A stretch of 64,000 bases of DNA, taken from contig CAZWHQ010000010.1 in assembly GCA_964633715.1 (NCBI GenBank), positions 26,263-90,262 on the forward strand, in the 5' to 3' direction. Under the pieces are notes generated by a model. It worked only from the letters and a program-made list of their open reading frames with translations, was not told where the DNA came from and searched no databases. Both the position numbers and the translations under genes were made by a program. Below are positions 48,463 to 57,055 of this stretch, one piece after another; positions within the stretch are counted from its first letter, which is position 1, and every line of letters begins with the position of its first letter. Source of the DNA: an uncultured Eubacteriales bacterium (GTDB lineage: Bacteria > Acidobacteriota > Aminicenantia > Aminicenantales > Aminicenantaceae).

Positions 48463-48493
48463 AAAAACTGACATTTCAGCCCTAAACAATAAA

Positions 48494-48525
48494 CTTCCTT
48501 CACAAGGAAGATTAACGCTTTTTTT
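48494..48525 (+). terminator. Weak candidate intrinsic terminator after the P460 gene.
   Basis: Stem cttcctt / aaggaag of 7 bp with loop cac, then 8 nt, then a T7 run at 48519-48525. Low GC and spaced, so low confidence. Confidence 0.25.
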
Positions 48526-48578
48526 AAGTCTAAAGGTATAAAACTGGAAATGAACAGAATGTTTTTAGAGGAGCTAAT

Positions 48579-49247
48579 ATGAAAATATTCCAAAAAAAAT
48601 CTATTCCATTTTTATTAATTTCAGCCTTGTTTGTCATGTCCATATCCCTCATCAGCTATTCAACCAGGGCTCAAAATGAGGATCTCGATGCTCGAGTCAA
48701 GGAATTTCTCGACAGCCACTATTGGGGCAGAGGCAATATGAACGTGCCAAAAGTAGACGGTCAGACCTTACATGACATCATCGTCAAAAACGGATATATA
48801 AGAGCCCTTGAGATCGGAACATCGACCGGCCATTCCGGGACATGGATCGCCTGGGCACTGAGCAAGACAGGAGGCAAATTGATCACCATCGACATCGATC
48901 AACGTCGGCACAATGAAGCTCTGAAAAACTTCGAAGAAGCGGGACTTTCTGAATTCATCGATGCACGGCTCGGAGATGCTCATGAAATCGTCCCCGCTCT
49001 TGATGGCCCTTTTGACTTTGTCTTCAGCGATGCGGATAAGTACTGGTACAAAAACTATTTGATTGCCGTGCTCCCTAAACTGGAAGTCGGCGGCTGCTAC
49101 ACGACGCACAATGTCTCCATGAGGAGATATGGAAGAGGGGGAGGAAGCGGTGATTACATGGATTACCTGCTCAATTTGCCCAACTTGGAAACGACGGTTG
49201 ACGAGCGGGGGGGAGGCCTCTCTATCAGCTACAAAAAGTCAAAATAA
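48579..49247 (+). CDS. Class I SAM-dependent O-methyltransferase (catechol / caffeoyl-CoA OMT family 3), with an N-terminal signal or anchor.
   Basis: The SAM motif is LEIGTSTGHSGTWIA. The acidic residues DIDQ and FDFVFSDADK are typical of family 3 OMTs. Confidence 0.8.
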   Translation: MKIFQKKSIPFLLISALFVMSISLISYSTRAQNEDLDARVKEFLDSHYWGRGNMNVPKVDGQTLHDIIVKNGYIRALEIGTSTGHSGTWIAWALSKTGGKLITIDIDQRRHNEALKNFEEAGLSEFIDARLGDAHEIVPALDGPFDFVFSDADKYWYKNYLIAVLPKLEVGGCYTTHNVSMRRYGRGGGSGDYMDYLLNLPNLETTVDERGGGLSISYKKSK

Positions 49248-49253
49248 AGTGAT

Positions 49254-49520
49254 TTAAATATCCTGGCTGAATTCTCTGGCTAAATCAGCTTCTGCGGCTA
49301 TATATCCAAATGACGCCCAACCCTTGCTTTTAAGTATTCTTTCATAAATTTCCTTGGCCCTAGCCTTGTTTCCATTATAAAAATAGTGATTCGCCACCCC
49401 ATATTCGACAGCCGCGTTCGCTGAATCAGACAAATCCTTATCAAAAATGTCTTCCTCGGACAGTTCACCTTTGTAAAATAGACAAAGGTCAAAATAGGCC
49501 ATATTCTCAATAATATTCAT
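49254..49520 (-). CDS. Hypothetical protein, 88 aa.
   Basis: ORF only, no motif. Confidence 0.25.
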   Translation of the reverse strand: MNIIENMAYFDLCLFYKGELSEEDIFDKDLSDSANAAVEYGVANHYFYNGNKARAKEIYERILKSKGWASFGYIAAEADLAREFSQDI

Positions 49521-49603
49521 GCCGAAACCTCCGCTGATTTGACAATCCTTACAAATCCAGTTAAGTAATAGTTGATGATATATTACATAAAAGGATAAAA
49601 AAA

Positions 49604-50566
49604 ATGAAAAAAATTCTGATTGGTGGAGCAGGAGGTTTTATAGGGGGACACCTGGCTTCTGCTCTTTTAAAAAAAGGGCACACAGTCAGAGCTGTGGACA
49701 TAAAGCCCGTTGCTGAATGGTATCAATCTTTTCCTGATGCAGAGAATCTTGTTTTAGATTTAAGGGAAAAGGAAAACTGCTACCAAGCTGCTGAAAATTG
49801 TGACGAAGTGTACAACCTCGCGGCCGATATGGGGGGGATGGGATTTATTGAAAACAACAAGGCCCTCTGCATGATCAGTGTATTGATCAACACCCATCTC
49901 TTAATGGCAGCAAGAGACAAAGGCGTCAATCGCTATTTTTATGCCTCTTCCGCCTGTGTTTACAATGCCGAAAGGCAGATGGAGACGGACAATCCCGGAT
50001 TAAAAGAATCCGATGCCTATCCAGCCATGGCAGAGGACGGGTACGGTTGGGAAAAACTGTTCAGCGAAAGGATGTGCCGTCATTTCCGTGAAGATTTTGG
50101 GATAACAACACGTGTACCCCGGTTTCACAATGTCTACGGTCCTCACGGCACCTATGACGGCGGCAGGGAAAAGGCTCCGGCAGCCATCAGTCGTAAAGTG
50201 ATCCAAGCCCAGTTGGACGGAAGTGATGAGATTTTTATTTGGGGGGACGGCCTTCAAACCCGAAGTTTTATGTACATCGACGACTGCATAGAAGGAATCG
50301 ACAAAATCATGTACAGCGATATTGAAGAACCGATCAATCTCGGCAGCAGTGAAATGGTCAGCATCAATGAGCTAGTTGATATGGTCGAAGAAATTGCCGG
50401 CGTTAAACTTAAAAGAAATTACCAACTGGACGCCCCAAAAGGTGTCCGCGGCAGGAACAGTGACAACACCTTGATCCAGAGTTATCTCCACTGGGAACCA
50501 TCCATTCCCCTGTTTGAGGGAATGAAAAAGACCTTTGAATGGATTAAAGGGGAGATGACAAAATAG
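49604..50566 (+). CDS. NAD-dependent epimerase/dehydratase, GDP-mannose 3,5-epimerase-like.
   Basis: Rossmann motif GGAGGFIGGHL. The catalytic block YASSACVYNAERQMETDNPGLKESDAYPAMAEDGYGWEKL closely parallels the GME core YASSACIYPEFKQLETN..LKESDAWPAEPQDAYGLEKL. Confidence 0.75.
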   Translation: MKKILIGGAGGFIGGHLASALLKKGHTVRAVDIKPVAEWYQSFPDAENLVLDLREKENCYQAAENCDEVYNLAADMGGMGFIENNKALCMISVLINTHLLMAARDKGVNRYFYASSACVYNAERQMETDNPGLKESDAYPAMAEDGYGWEKLFSERMCRHFREDFGITTRVPRFHNVYGPHGTYDGGREKAPAAISRKVIQAQLDGSDEIFIWGDGLQTRSFMYIDDCIEGIDKIMYSDIEEPINLGSSEMVSINELVDMVEEIAGVKLKRNYQLDAPKGVRGRNSDNTLIQSYLHWEPSIPLFEGMKKTFEWIKGEMTK

Positions 50567-50611
50567 AACTCAGTCACTGAAACTGCGATATTATTAAAAC
50601 CTAGCTGATTT

Positions 50612-52318
50612 TTACTCTTCAATTATCCTCAAATACTTATAAATGGGATACACGATGGAGTGTTTTTCAGCACCAAGATCTTTGAGGTAATCATTCAATA
50701 GATTCCAGCCGACGAACCCATCTCCGATTTGGGGTTCGAGGCAGTAAAAAGCCATATTGGCCAGAGGTTGGGCTAAATCGATTTGGAATGTGCCGGCAGG
50801 AAATTCCTTGCGCTCCGATTTAAAAAAGCCACCTTCCAGCTTGGTCATGTTATAACCACCTTTTCTTATGGGCAGCAACTTGTCGATGATGAATTCTTCG
50901 CCGCTAACGGTTATGGGCTTATCGAGAACCGTTATTTTAATATTGTGAATCCGCAGTTTTTCCAAGACAAATTCCATGTCAGCCGGTATCAGATACCCTC
51001 GGGGAACCATTGCTTCTTTAGTGCCAACCGGTTTGGTGACCAGCTCCACATCATGGATCAATTCCGGCGGTTCGTTTTCGATGTGTCTCTGCCGAACGCT
51101 GGTGCCTGGAATTATTTCTGATGGGATATTTTGATAGGCGTAAATATCAAATTTTCCGTAGGATTCGTAAATGCCTTCGACATAGTTTTTTAAATGACCA
51201 GTTTCGGCTTCGGTTTGAACCTTGTTCACCACCTCTTCATCTGCCTGGAGACAAACCTGCTGCATCTCTTCCCCGTGTTGGTAACTGTATTCCAACAGTT
51301 CCCGCATATAGACATACTGGCTGTAAATTTTCTTTTCGAATGATTCATACCCCGGTGTTTCCACCAAAATCGACATGCGGTTTCGCAGGCCATAACCGCT
51401 GACCATGAATTTCCCTTCCGTTGACCAGATGGAATTATCGTGAGTGAATTCTGTGGGAGGCCAGCCGCGGTCCAGACCGGCGTGAAAATGAATCTCGATG
51501 CCGCCGTTCTCTCGGGTCATATTCCTTAGGGCGGGAAATATTTTTTCAGTGACGTAGCCGCGCGGCCCCGGATGAGCTGTTGTCACATTGGACGCGGCCT
51601 GCACAATAGCATAGCCGTGCCTCGCTCCCCCCATGCGGTGAGTATCGTGAATAATTATGGGATCCCATGTATTAAATATATTCTGATACGCACCCTGCAT
51701 ATTGGTGGTTTCCAGTTTAATGGCATCACGATTGACATCATATCCCTGGGCATTTTGCCGAGTCCCGGATAGTTTAGGCAAACCATCGCTGACACTTAAT
51801 GTTTCACCGCCATCAAGATTAAAATTGGGACAACTCAAAATGATCAGATTATCCAGCCAGTAGTTTTTTTCTCCAAACAGGATATCCCGCATCAACATCA
51901 GCATGGCCTCCTTGCCCTCACATTCACTGGGATGAATGCCGCCCTGCAGATAAACAACCATCTTTCCAGAACGTTGAGCCTCTCGTGCCGATGTAATTCT
52001 GGGATTGGCCATAACAATGACCGGACAGCTTCTCCCCCGGTCGCTGACAAACATACTAAATACATGGACATTTTCACTCTTCCATTTGAGTGTAGTAAAA
52101 TAGTCCAATATATCTTGAGTGGTGGCTGTGCGGGCAAAACTGGTCTTTTCAACCGGTGTTCTAAGATTCTCCTCCCAGTCACCATTCCACCCCATCGGAA
52201 CTTCGCTGCCCCAGTAAATATTCTTCTCTTGAGCTTCGGCTAAGGGTGCCACCAAAAGACACACAACAAGCAAAACAAAACAAGCAAATGATTTTCTCAC
52301 TTTAATCTCCTTCAACAT
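50612..52318 (-). CDS. M14 family zinc carboxypeptidase, secreted; third M14 in the window.
   Basis: Signal peptide at MLKEIKVRKSFACFVLLVVCLLVAPLAEA, the preferred start at 52318. The track start at 52567 adds an unlikely 83 aa. M14-like blocks AMLMLMRDIL and NLDGGE are present. Confidence 0.7.
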   Translation of the reverse strand: MLKEIKVRKSFACFVLLVVCLLVAPLAEAQEKNIYWGSEVPMGWNGDWEENLRTPVEKTSFARTATTQDILDYFTTLKWKSENVHVFSMFVSDRGRSCPVIVMANPRITSAREAQRSGKMVVYLQGGIHPSECEGKEAMLMLMRDILFGEKNYWLDNLIILSCPNFNLDGGETLSVSDGLPKLSGTRQNAQGYDVNRDAIKLETTNMQGAYQNIFNTWDPIIIHDTHRMGGARHGYAIVQAASNVTTAHPGPRGYVTEKIFPALRNMTRENGGIEIHFHAGLDRGWPPTEFTHDNSIWSTEGKFMVSGYGLRNRMSILVETPGYESFEKKIYSQYVYMRELLEYSYQHGEEMQQVCLQADEEVVNKVQTEAETGHLKNYVEGIYESYGKFDIYAYQNIPSEIIPGTSVRQRHIENEPPELIHDVELVTKPVGTKEAMVPRGYLIPADMEFVLEKLRIHNIKITVLDKPITVSGEEFIIDKLLPIRKGGYNMTKLEGGFFKSERKEFPAGTFQIDLAQPLANMAFYCLEPQIGDGFVGWNLLNDYLKDLGAEKHSIVYPIYKYLRIIEE

Positions 52319-52429
52319 CAAATAGGAATCCTTCTTCTGACGACAGGGTTCCCTTGATAAAAATTGTGCCTCTATTATTCCTGAATTTATGGTAAAAATG
52401 CAATAATCAGAAAAAATTGATACCATGAG

Positions 52430-52458
52430 GGAATAAATAGGATCAACCTGTTGTCTAA
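52430..52458 (+). promoter_or_regulatory. Possible ECF-type autoregulated promoter GGAATA-N17-GTCTAA.
   Basis: The AAC-containing -35 ggaata is at 52430-52435. The -10 gtctaa is at 52453-52458. It lies immediately upstream of the sigma-factor reading frame. Speculative. Confidence 0.25.
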
Positions 52459-52574
52459 TTGAGTGTTGAAACAGAAGGCCAAAGATCCAAGAGACATTCG
52501 AGGAGTGGACACTGAACGAACGGGAACTGCTCAACAAAGCAAGGAAGGGGGACCATACCGCCTTCAAGGAAATA

Positions 52575-53057
52575 GTGCTAAAAAATGAAAATCAGGTGGC
52601 AGCAACGGTGATTGGGATGCTGGGACACTGCACAGAGGCCGAAGATATCGGTCAGGAGACATTTATTAGATTTTATAAGTCATTGGACAAATTTAGAGGA
52701 GAATCCAGCATCAGCACGTATCTGATACGCATCGCCATAAATCTTTCTCTGAACGAAATCAAACGACGCCAGCGCCGCCGCAAACATATTTCTGATAATT
52801 TAGAAGATGGGATGGACAACATTCCAGGGAAAACTGTTTCAAAGAATAGGAGTGAAACAAGAGAGATTGTCAATCAGGCCATTCAAAAATTAGAGCCAAA
52901 ATTCCGTTCTGTACTCGTTTTACGACTCATCCTGGGCTACACCTCGCAGGAAACTGCAAAACTTCTAAAGCTGCCAATGGGAACGGTTCTTTCCAGGCTG
53001 ACCCGGGCACAGATGAAACTTAAAGATATATTGACTCCATCTTATGGGGGAGAATAA
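52575..53057 (+). CDS. ECF-family RNA polymerase sigma factor (sigma-70 regions 2 and 4).
   Basis: Region 2 DIGQETFIRFYKSLDKF and region 4 HTH TSQETAKLLKLPMGTVLSRL are present. The track start is the GTG at 52575. Conserved region 2.1 sequence (EEWTLNERELLNKARKGDHTAFKEIV) continues in frame upstream to a stop at 52467, but I see no canonical start codon there. Confidence 0.8.
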   Translation: MLKNENQVAATVIGMLGHCTEAEDIGQETFIRFYKSLDKFRGESSISTYLIRIAINLSLNEIKRRQRRRKHISDNLEDGMDNIPGKTVSKNRSETREIVNQAIQKLEPKFRSVLVLRLILGYTSQETAKLLKLPMGTVLSRLTRAQMKLKDILTPSYGGE

Positions 53058-53489
53058 ATGAAGACATCGGGGAAATCTTACAAAAAAGTCCTCAAGCTTC
53101 TCTACAGGTCTTTTGATACCGAACTAAGCAAAAAGAAAATTTTGCGACTGGAAAAAGCGCTCAATGAATTAAAAGATCTTAGAGTTGAAAAAGGGCTTAT
53201 TCAATCCAGGCGACAGGCTGTTGTAGACAGTGCCAAAAGAGCCTTTAGACCTTATTTTGCCGACCGGGTGATGGCCCATGTTGCCGCAATCGGAGATAAA
53301 AAGGAACCACAAGAGTCTTTCTATGACGCTCTGATGTTTGGATTCAAACGCCTGGCTCTTGTCGGAGCCCTGGTTATGATTATTTTGCTATTTTTCAATG
53401 TTTTTCAAGGGCGAATTATTCCTGTGAATGAAGTTTTTTTTGCTTCAGATTTTACACTCGAAGAGATTTTAAATCTGCCGATTCTTTAG
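53058..53489 (+). CDS. Putative membrane-anchored anti-sigma factor, 143 aa.
   Basis: Its ATG overlaps the sigma-factor stop (TAAATG). It has a single TM segment LVGALVMIILLFFNVF. Position and topology fit an anti-sigma factor. No strong motif. Confidence 0.45.
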   Translation: MKTSGKSYKKVLKLLYRSFDTELSKKKILRLEKALNELKDLRVEKGLIQSRRQAVVDSAKRAFRPYFADRVMAHVAAIGDKKEPQESFYDALMFGFKRLALVGALVMIILLFFNVFQGRIIPVNEVFFASDFTLEEILNLPIL

Positions 53490-53499
53490 GGAGAGAGAA

Positions 53500-54150
53500 A
53501 TGAATGTTAAGACAAAAACATATTTAATCATTATTTTTACACTGATTACTGGAATCGTCATCGGCGCATTGATTAACAGAGCCCTTCTGCAGGATCGCGT
53601 CCAGCGTGTCTTTTCGATGCGGAGTCCAAATGTTCTGACTCAATCCTACCTGGAGATCCTCAACCCCGATCCCGAACAGCGAGAACAAATCAAAGAGATT
53701 CTGGAGAGGAACGGCCAGGTTATGGATGACATTCGCTCAAAATCCCGCGAGGACCTGGAATCGGCCATGACTGCGATGATGGCCGAACTGGAATCTGTCC
53801 TCACCGCGGAACAGATCGAGAAGCTCAAAGAAAGATCCTCTCGAGGCCGCATGCCCTTCGGCAGGCCATTTGAAGAAGTTGAACTTGCCTTTCTTTCCTC
53901 AGAACTGGAGCTTACAGACGAGCAAGCTTCAAAACTGGCAACGATCCTTGAAGAATTCAGAATGCAGCCTCCGGACAAAAAGATCCCTGGAAGACCTGAT
54001 GAAATGAGGACAAATTTCAGGGGGCGAATGGATAAAAGAGAAGAGGAAATAAAAAAGATACTGAACGATGAGCAGAAACAAAAGTACGAGGAGCTCATAA
54101 AAGAACGCCGGAAAAAACCTCCGGAGGAGTTTCGATTCTTTCCCTACTGA
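53500..54150 (+). CDS. CpxP/Spy/ZraP-family periplasmic protein (LTxxQ motif) with a Glu/Arg/Lys-rich tail.
   Basis: N-terminal anchor or signal. The LTAEQIEKL and LTDEQASKL repeats are the LTxxQ motifs of the Spy/CpxP family. Confidence 0.55.
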   Translation: MNVKTKTYLIIIFTLITGIVIGALINRALLQDRVQRVFSMRSPNVLTQSYLEILNPDPEQREQIKEILERNGQVMDDIRSKSREDLESAMTAMMAELESVLTAEQIEKLKERSSRGRMPFGRPFEEVELAFLSSELELTDEQASKLATILEEFRMQPPDKKIPGRPDEMRTNFRGRMDKREEEIKKILNDEQKQKYEELIKERRKKPPEEFRFFPY

Positions 54151-54238
54151 ATTAATCAGGGAATAAAATCCCGAATCTGATTGTCTAACCTTTGTGAAAC
54201 CATTACATTCGTGTTCCTATCTCCTTCTCTGTTCCTTT

Positions 54239-54276
54239 AGGGCCGGGATTTTCCTCCTCCACCCCGGCCTTTTTTT
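54239..54276 (+). terminator. Rho-independent terminator after the sigma / anti-sigma / CpxP-like operon.
   Basis: GC stem ggccggg (54241-54247) and cccggcc (54263-54269) with a 15-nt loop, followed by T7 at 54270-54276. Confidence 0.6.
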
Positions 54277-54474
54277 CACCTCTTCAAAATGAAAGAAATC
54301 AAAGTCAGTTTTGAGACGATACTCAATCTGATCTTTATTATCACGGTTTTGCTCCTCCTTTTTCTTTAGCCGGCCTCACAATTTCTTCAACTCATAGGCT
54401 CCATTGGAATAAACTCCACGGTTCAGGTGTCTAACCAATGTTATGAAGAAACACATTCAGAAAGGAGCAGAAAA

Positions 54475-55758
54475 ATGAAAAAGAAAGTCGTATTCGGGTC
54501 AATTCTTTTACTGGTAGCAACTAGCGTTGTTTTGGGATTTGCACTTTTTCGCAACGATAAAAGCGACATTTCCCTTTTTAAGACCGAGGTCATTGAACGA
54601 GGCAATGTTGAAAACGAGGTTATCACAACAGGAACACTCAATCCTGTAATGCAGGTCGATGTCGGCAGCCAGGTTTCCGGGATCATTAAAGAAATTTATG
54701 TAGATTTTAATTCTCTTGTCACAAAAGATCAGGTTCTCGCAATATTGGATCAATCCGTTTTTTTAACAAAACTGAACCAGAACAAGGCCAACTTTCAAAG
54801 CGCTGAAGCATCTCTGGAGAAAGCCCAAATCACTCTCGAAAATCTAGAGAAAAAACACGACCGGTATGCTGAACTTTTTAAGAAAGATCTCGTGTCTTAC
54901 GAAGAAATGGAAACCATAGAAACGCAGTTCTTCAATGCAAAGGCCGATCTCAAATCCACAGAAGCCAAGCTCTCCCAAGCGCAGTCACAGCTTGAAGCAA
55001 GCCAGGTCGATCTCACATACACGATCATTAAATCACCTGTCGATGGAGTGGTCATCGATAGAAAAGTTAACGTGGGACAGACGGTAGCGGCAAGCATGCA
55101 GACCCCCGTGCTCTTTCGTATTGCTCAGGACTTAAGCCAGATGCAGGTAGAATGCAGCATCGATGAGGCTGACATCGGGATCGTCAGGGAAGGACAGGAT
55201 GTCCGATTCTCTGTGGATGCCTATCCCGATGAAAATTTTATCGGAACAGTCAGTCAGGTTAGATATTCACCTGTCATCACTCAGAATGTTGTCACATACA
55301 CAACACTTGTTGCTGTAGAAAATCCAAATCTCAAACTCCTGCCTGGAATGACAGCTACTGTGTCCATTATAGTCGCTCAAGCCGATGACGTTCTGCTCAT
55401 TCCGAATGCAGCCCTTCGGTACTCTCCCCAGTTCGATGAAAAGGATTTGGCGCAGATTAAGGAAGATCGAAGGAAAGAAGGCTCTGAATCGGATATGAGT
55501 CCCTCTAAAAAGAGGAATATTGAAGGTCCAAGTCAGAACAGAGAGGAAAGTCAACGTATATGGATTTTGGATGAAAACAACAATTTGAAACCAATCCCCG
55601 TTAAAACCGGCGTAACCGATAACTCTTACTCCGAATTGATAGAAGGACATCTGGAAGAAGGGCAGTCTATCATCACAGGAGAAGAAGTCACAAATGCTAA
55701 AACTCCAAACTCAAATTCCAGCAGCTCCATGAACCAGATGATGAGGATGATGCGCTAG
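54475..55758 (+). CDS. Efflux transporter periplasmic adaptor subunit (HlyD / MacA family).
   Basis: Start MKKKVVFG with AAAGGAG 8 nt upstream (the track start at 54427 is unlikely). It has a signal anchor, a coiled-coil hairpin region, and the lipoyl/beta-barrel blocks VSGIIKEIYVDFNSLVTKDQVL and YTIIKSPVDGVVIDRKVNVGQTV. Confidence 0.8.
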   Translation: MKKKVVFGSILLLVATSVVLGFALFRNDKSDISLFKTEVIERGNVENEVITTGTLNPVMQVDVGSQVSGIIKEIYVDFNSLVTKDQVLAILDQSVFLTKLNQNKANFQSAEASLEKAQITLENLEKKHDRYAELFKKDLVSYEEMETIETQFFNAKADLKSTEAKLSQAQSQLEASQVDLTYTIIKSPVDGVVIDRKVNVGQTVAASMQTPVLFRIAQDLSQMQVECSIDEADIGIVREGQDVRFSVDAYPDENFIGTVSQVRYSPVITQNVVTYTTLVAVENPNLKLLPGMTATVSIIVAQADDVLLIPNAALRYSPQFDEKDLAQIKEDRRKEGSESDMSPSKKRNIEGPSQNREESQRIWILDENNNLKPIPVKTGVTDNSYSELIEGHLEEGQSIITGEEVTNAKTPNSNSSSSMNQMMRMMR

Positions 55759-55769
55759 AAGGAAAGACA

Positions 55770-56990
55770 ATGAACATCACAAAAACAGCACATGTATCGC
55801 TCCATGCCCTATCACGGAATAAAATGCGTTCTTTCCTAACTGCCCTGGGAATCATCATTGGTGTCGGTGCTGTGATCGCCATGGTCAGTATTGGTCAGGG
55901 GGCAAAAGAGCAAGTGGAAAAAACATTCAGCTCGTTGGGAACAAATGTTCTTACTATCCGTCCTGGAAGTTCGTCTTTTCGAGGTGTTTCCGGAGGAACA
56001 GGAACAACCTACTCCCTAACAAACGCGGATGCCCAAGCTATCCATGATGAGTGTGAGGCCGTATTGGCCGTCTCTCCCAGTGTGTCAACACGCACACAAG
56101 TTATATACGGAAACAAAAACTGGAACACATCTATTCAAGGCACCAGTGAAGATTATCCTCTTATTAAAAATTGGGACATTTCCGAAGGCATATTCTTTGA
56201 CGAATCCATGGTTAAATCCGGACAAAAAGTTTGTGTCCTAGGGCAGGATGTCAGTAAGAGCCTTTTTGAAAACTCAGATCCCATTGGGCAGATAATCCGT
56301 ATAAAAAACATCCCTTTTAAAGTTCTTGGAGTTCTGGAGCAAAAAGGCGAGGCCGGGGGCTGGGGCAGTCAGGACGACATGATTCTTATCCCCTACACAA
56401 CAGCTCAGCGCCGACTTCTCGGCACTGTGGATACCCTTCAATCCATAGAGCTATCAGCTATCTCAGCCGAGCTCACAAATGATGCCCAAAAACAAATTGA
56501 AGAACTCCTCAGGATCAGGCACAGAATCGCCCCTGGTTCTGAAGATGATTTTAATGTTCGGAATATGACAGATATCGCAGAAGGGGCCACAGAATCTACG
56601 AAGGTTCTTACTCTCCTTCTCGGAGGAGTGGCTTCAGTTTCACTTCTCGTTGGAGGAATCGGGATCATGAATATCATGCTGGTGTCTGTCACAGAGCGGA
56701 TTAGGGAGATAGGCATCCGGATGTCTGTAGGCGCCAAAGAAAAGGATATCCTGATGCAATTTATGGCTGAAGCTATCGTTCTGAGCGTATGTGGAGGTTT
56801 CATTGGCATTATTGTAGGCCTATCTGGATCAAAACTCATTTCACAGATAGCCGGATGGCCAACCATTATTTCTATCGGAGCCATGGTTCTGGCTTTTTGC
56901 TTTTCAGCAGCTGTAGGGATCTTTTTCGGTTTTTACCCGGCCCGCAAAGCTTCAAGGCTCGATCCAATTGTAGCCTTGAAATACGAATAA
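55770..56990 (+). CDS. MacB-type ABC transporter permease (FtsX family) without an ATPase domain.
   Basis: Has an N-terminal TM, a large periplasmic domain, and a C-terminal three-TM FtsX domain with the block TERIREIGIRMSVGAKEKDI. Confidence 0.85.
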   Translation: MNITKTAHVSLHALSRNKMRSFLTALGIIIGVGAVIAMVSIGQGAKEQVEKTFSSLGTNVLTIRPGSSSFRGVSGGTGTTYSLTNADAQAIHDECEAVLAVSPSVSTRTQVIYGNKNWNTSIQGTSEDYPLIKNWDISEGIFFDESMVKSGQKVCVLGQDVSKSLFENSDPIGQIIRIKNIPFKVLGVLEQKGEAGGWGSQDDMILIPYTTAQRRLLGTVDTLQSIELSAISAELTNDAQKQIEELLRIRHRIAPGSEDDFNVRNMTDIAEGATESTKVLTLLLGGVASVSLLVGGIGIMNIMLVSVTERIREIGIRMSVGAKEKDILMQFMAEAIVLSVCGGFIGIIVGLSGSKLISQIAGWPTIISIGAMVLAFCFSAAVGIFFGFYPARKASRLDPIVALKYE

Positions 56991-57055
56991 AAAAAGAAGT
57001 GGATGAAGGAATAGAGGAGGAAAATAAAATCTAATTTATTGTAGGAGGACTGTAC

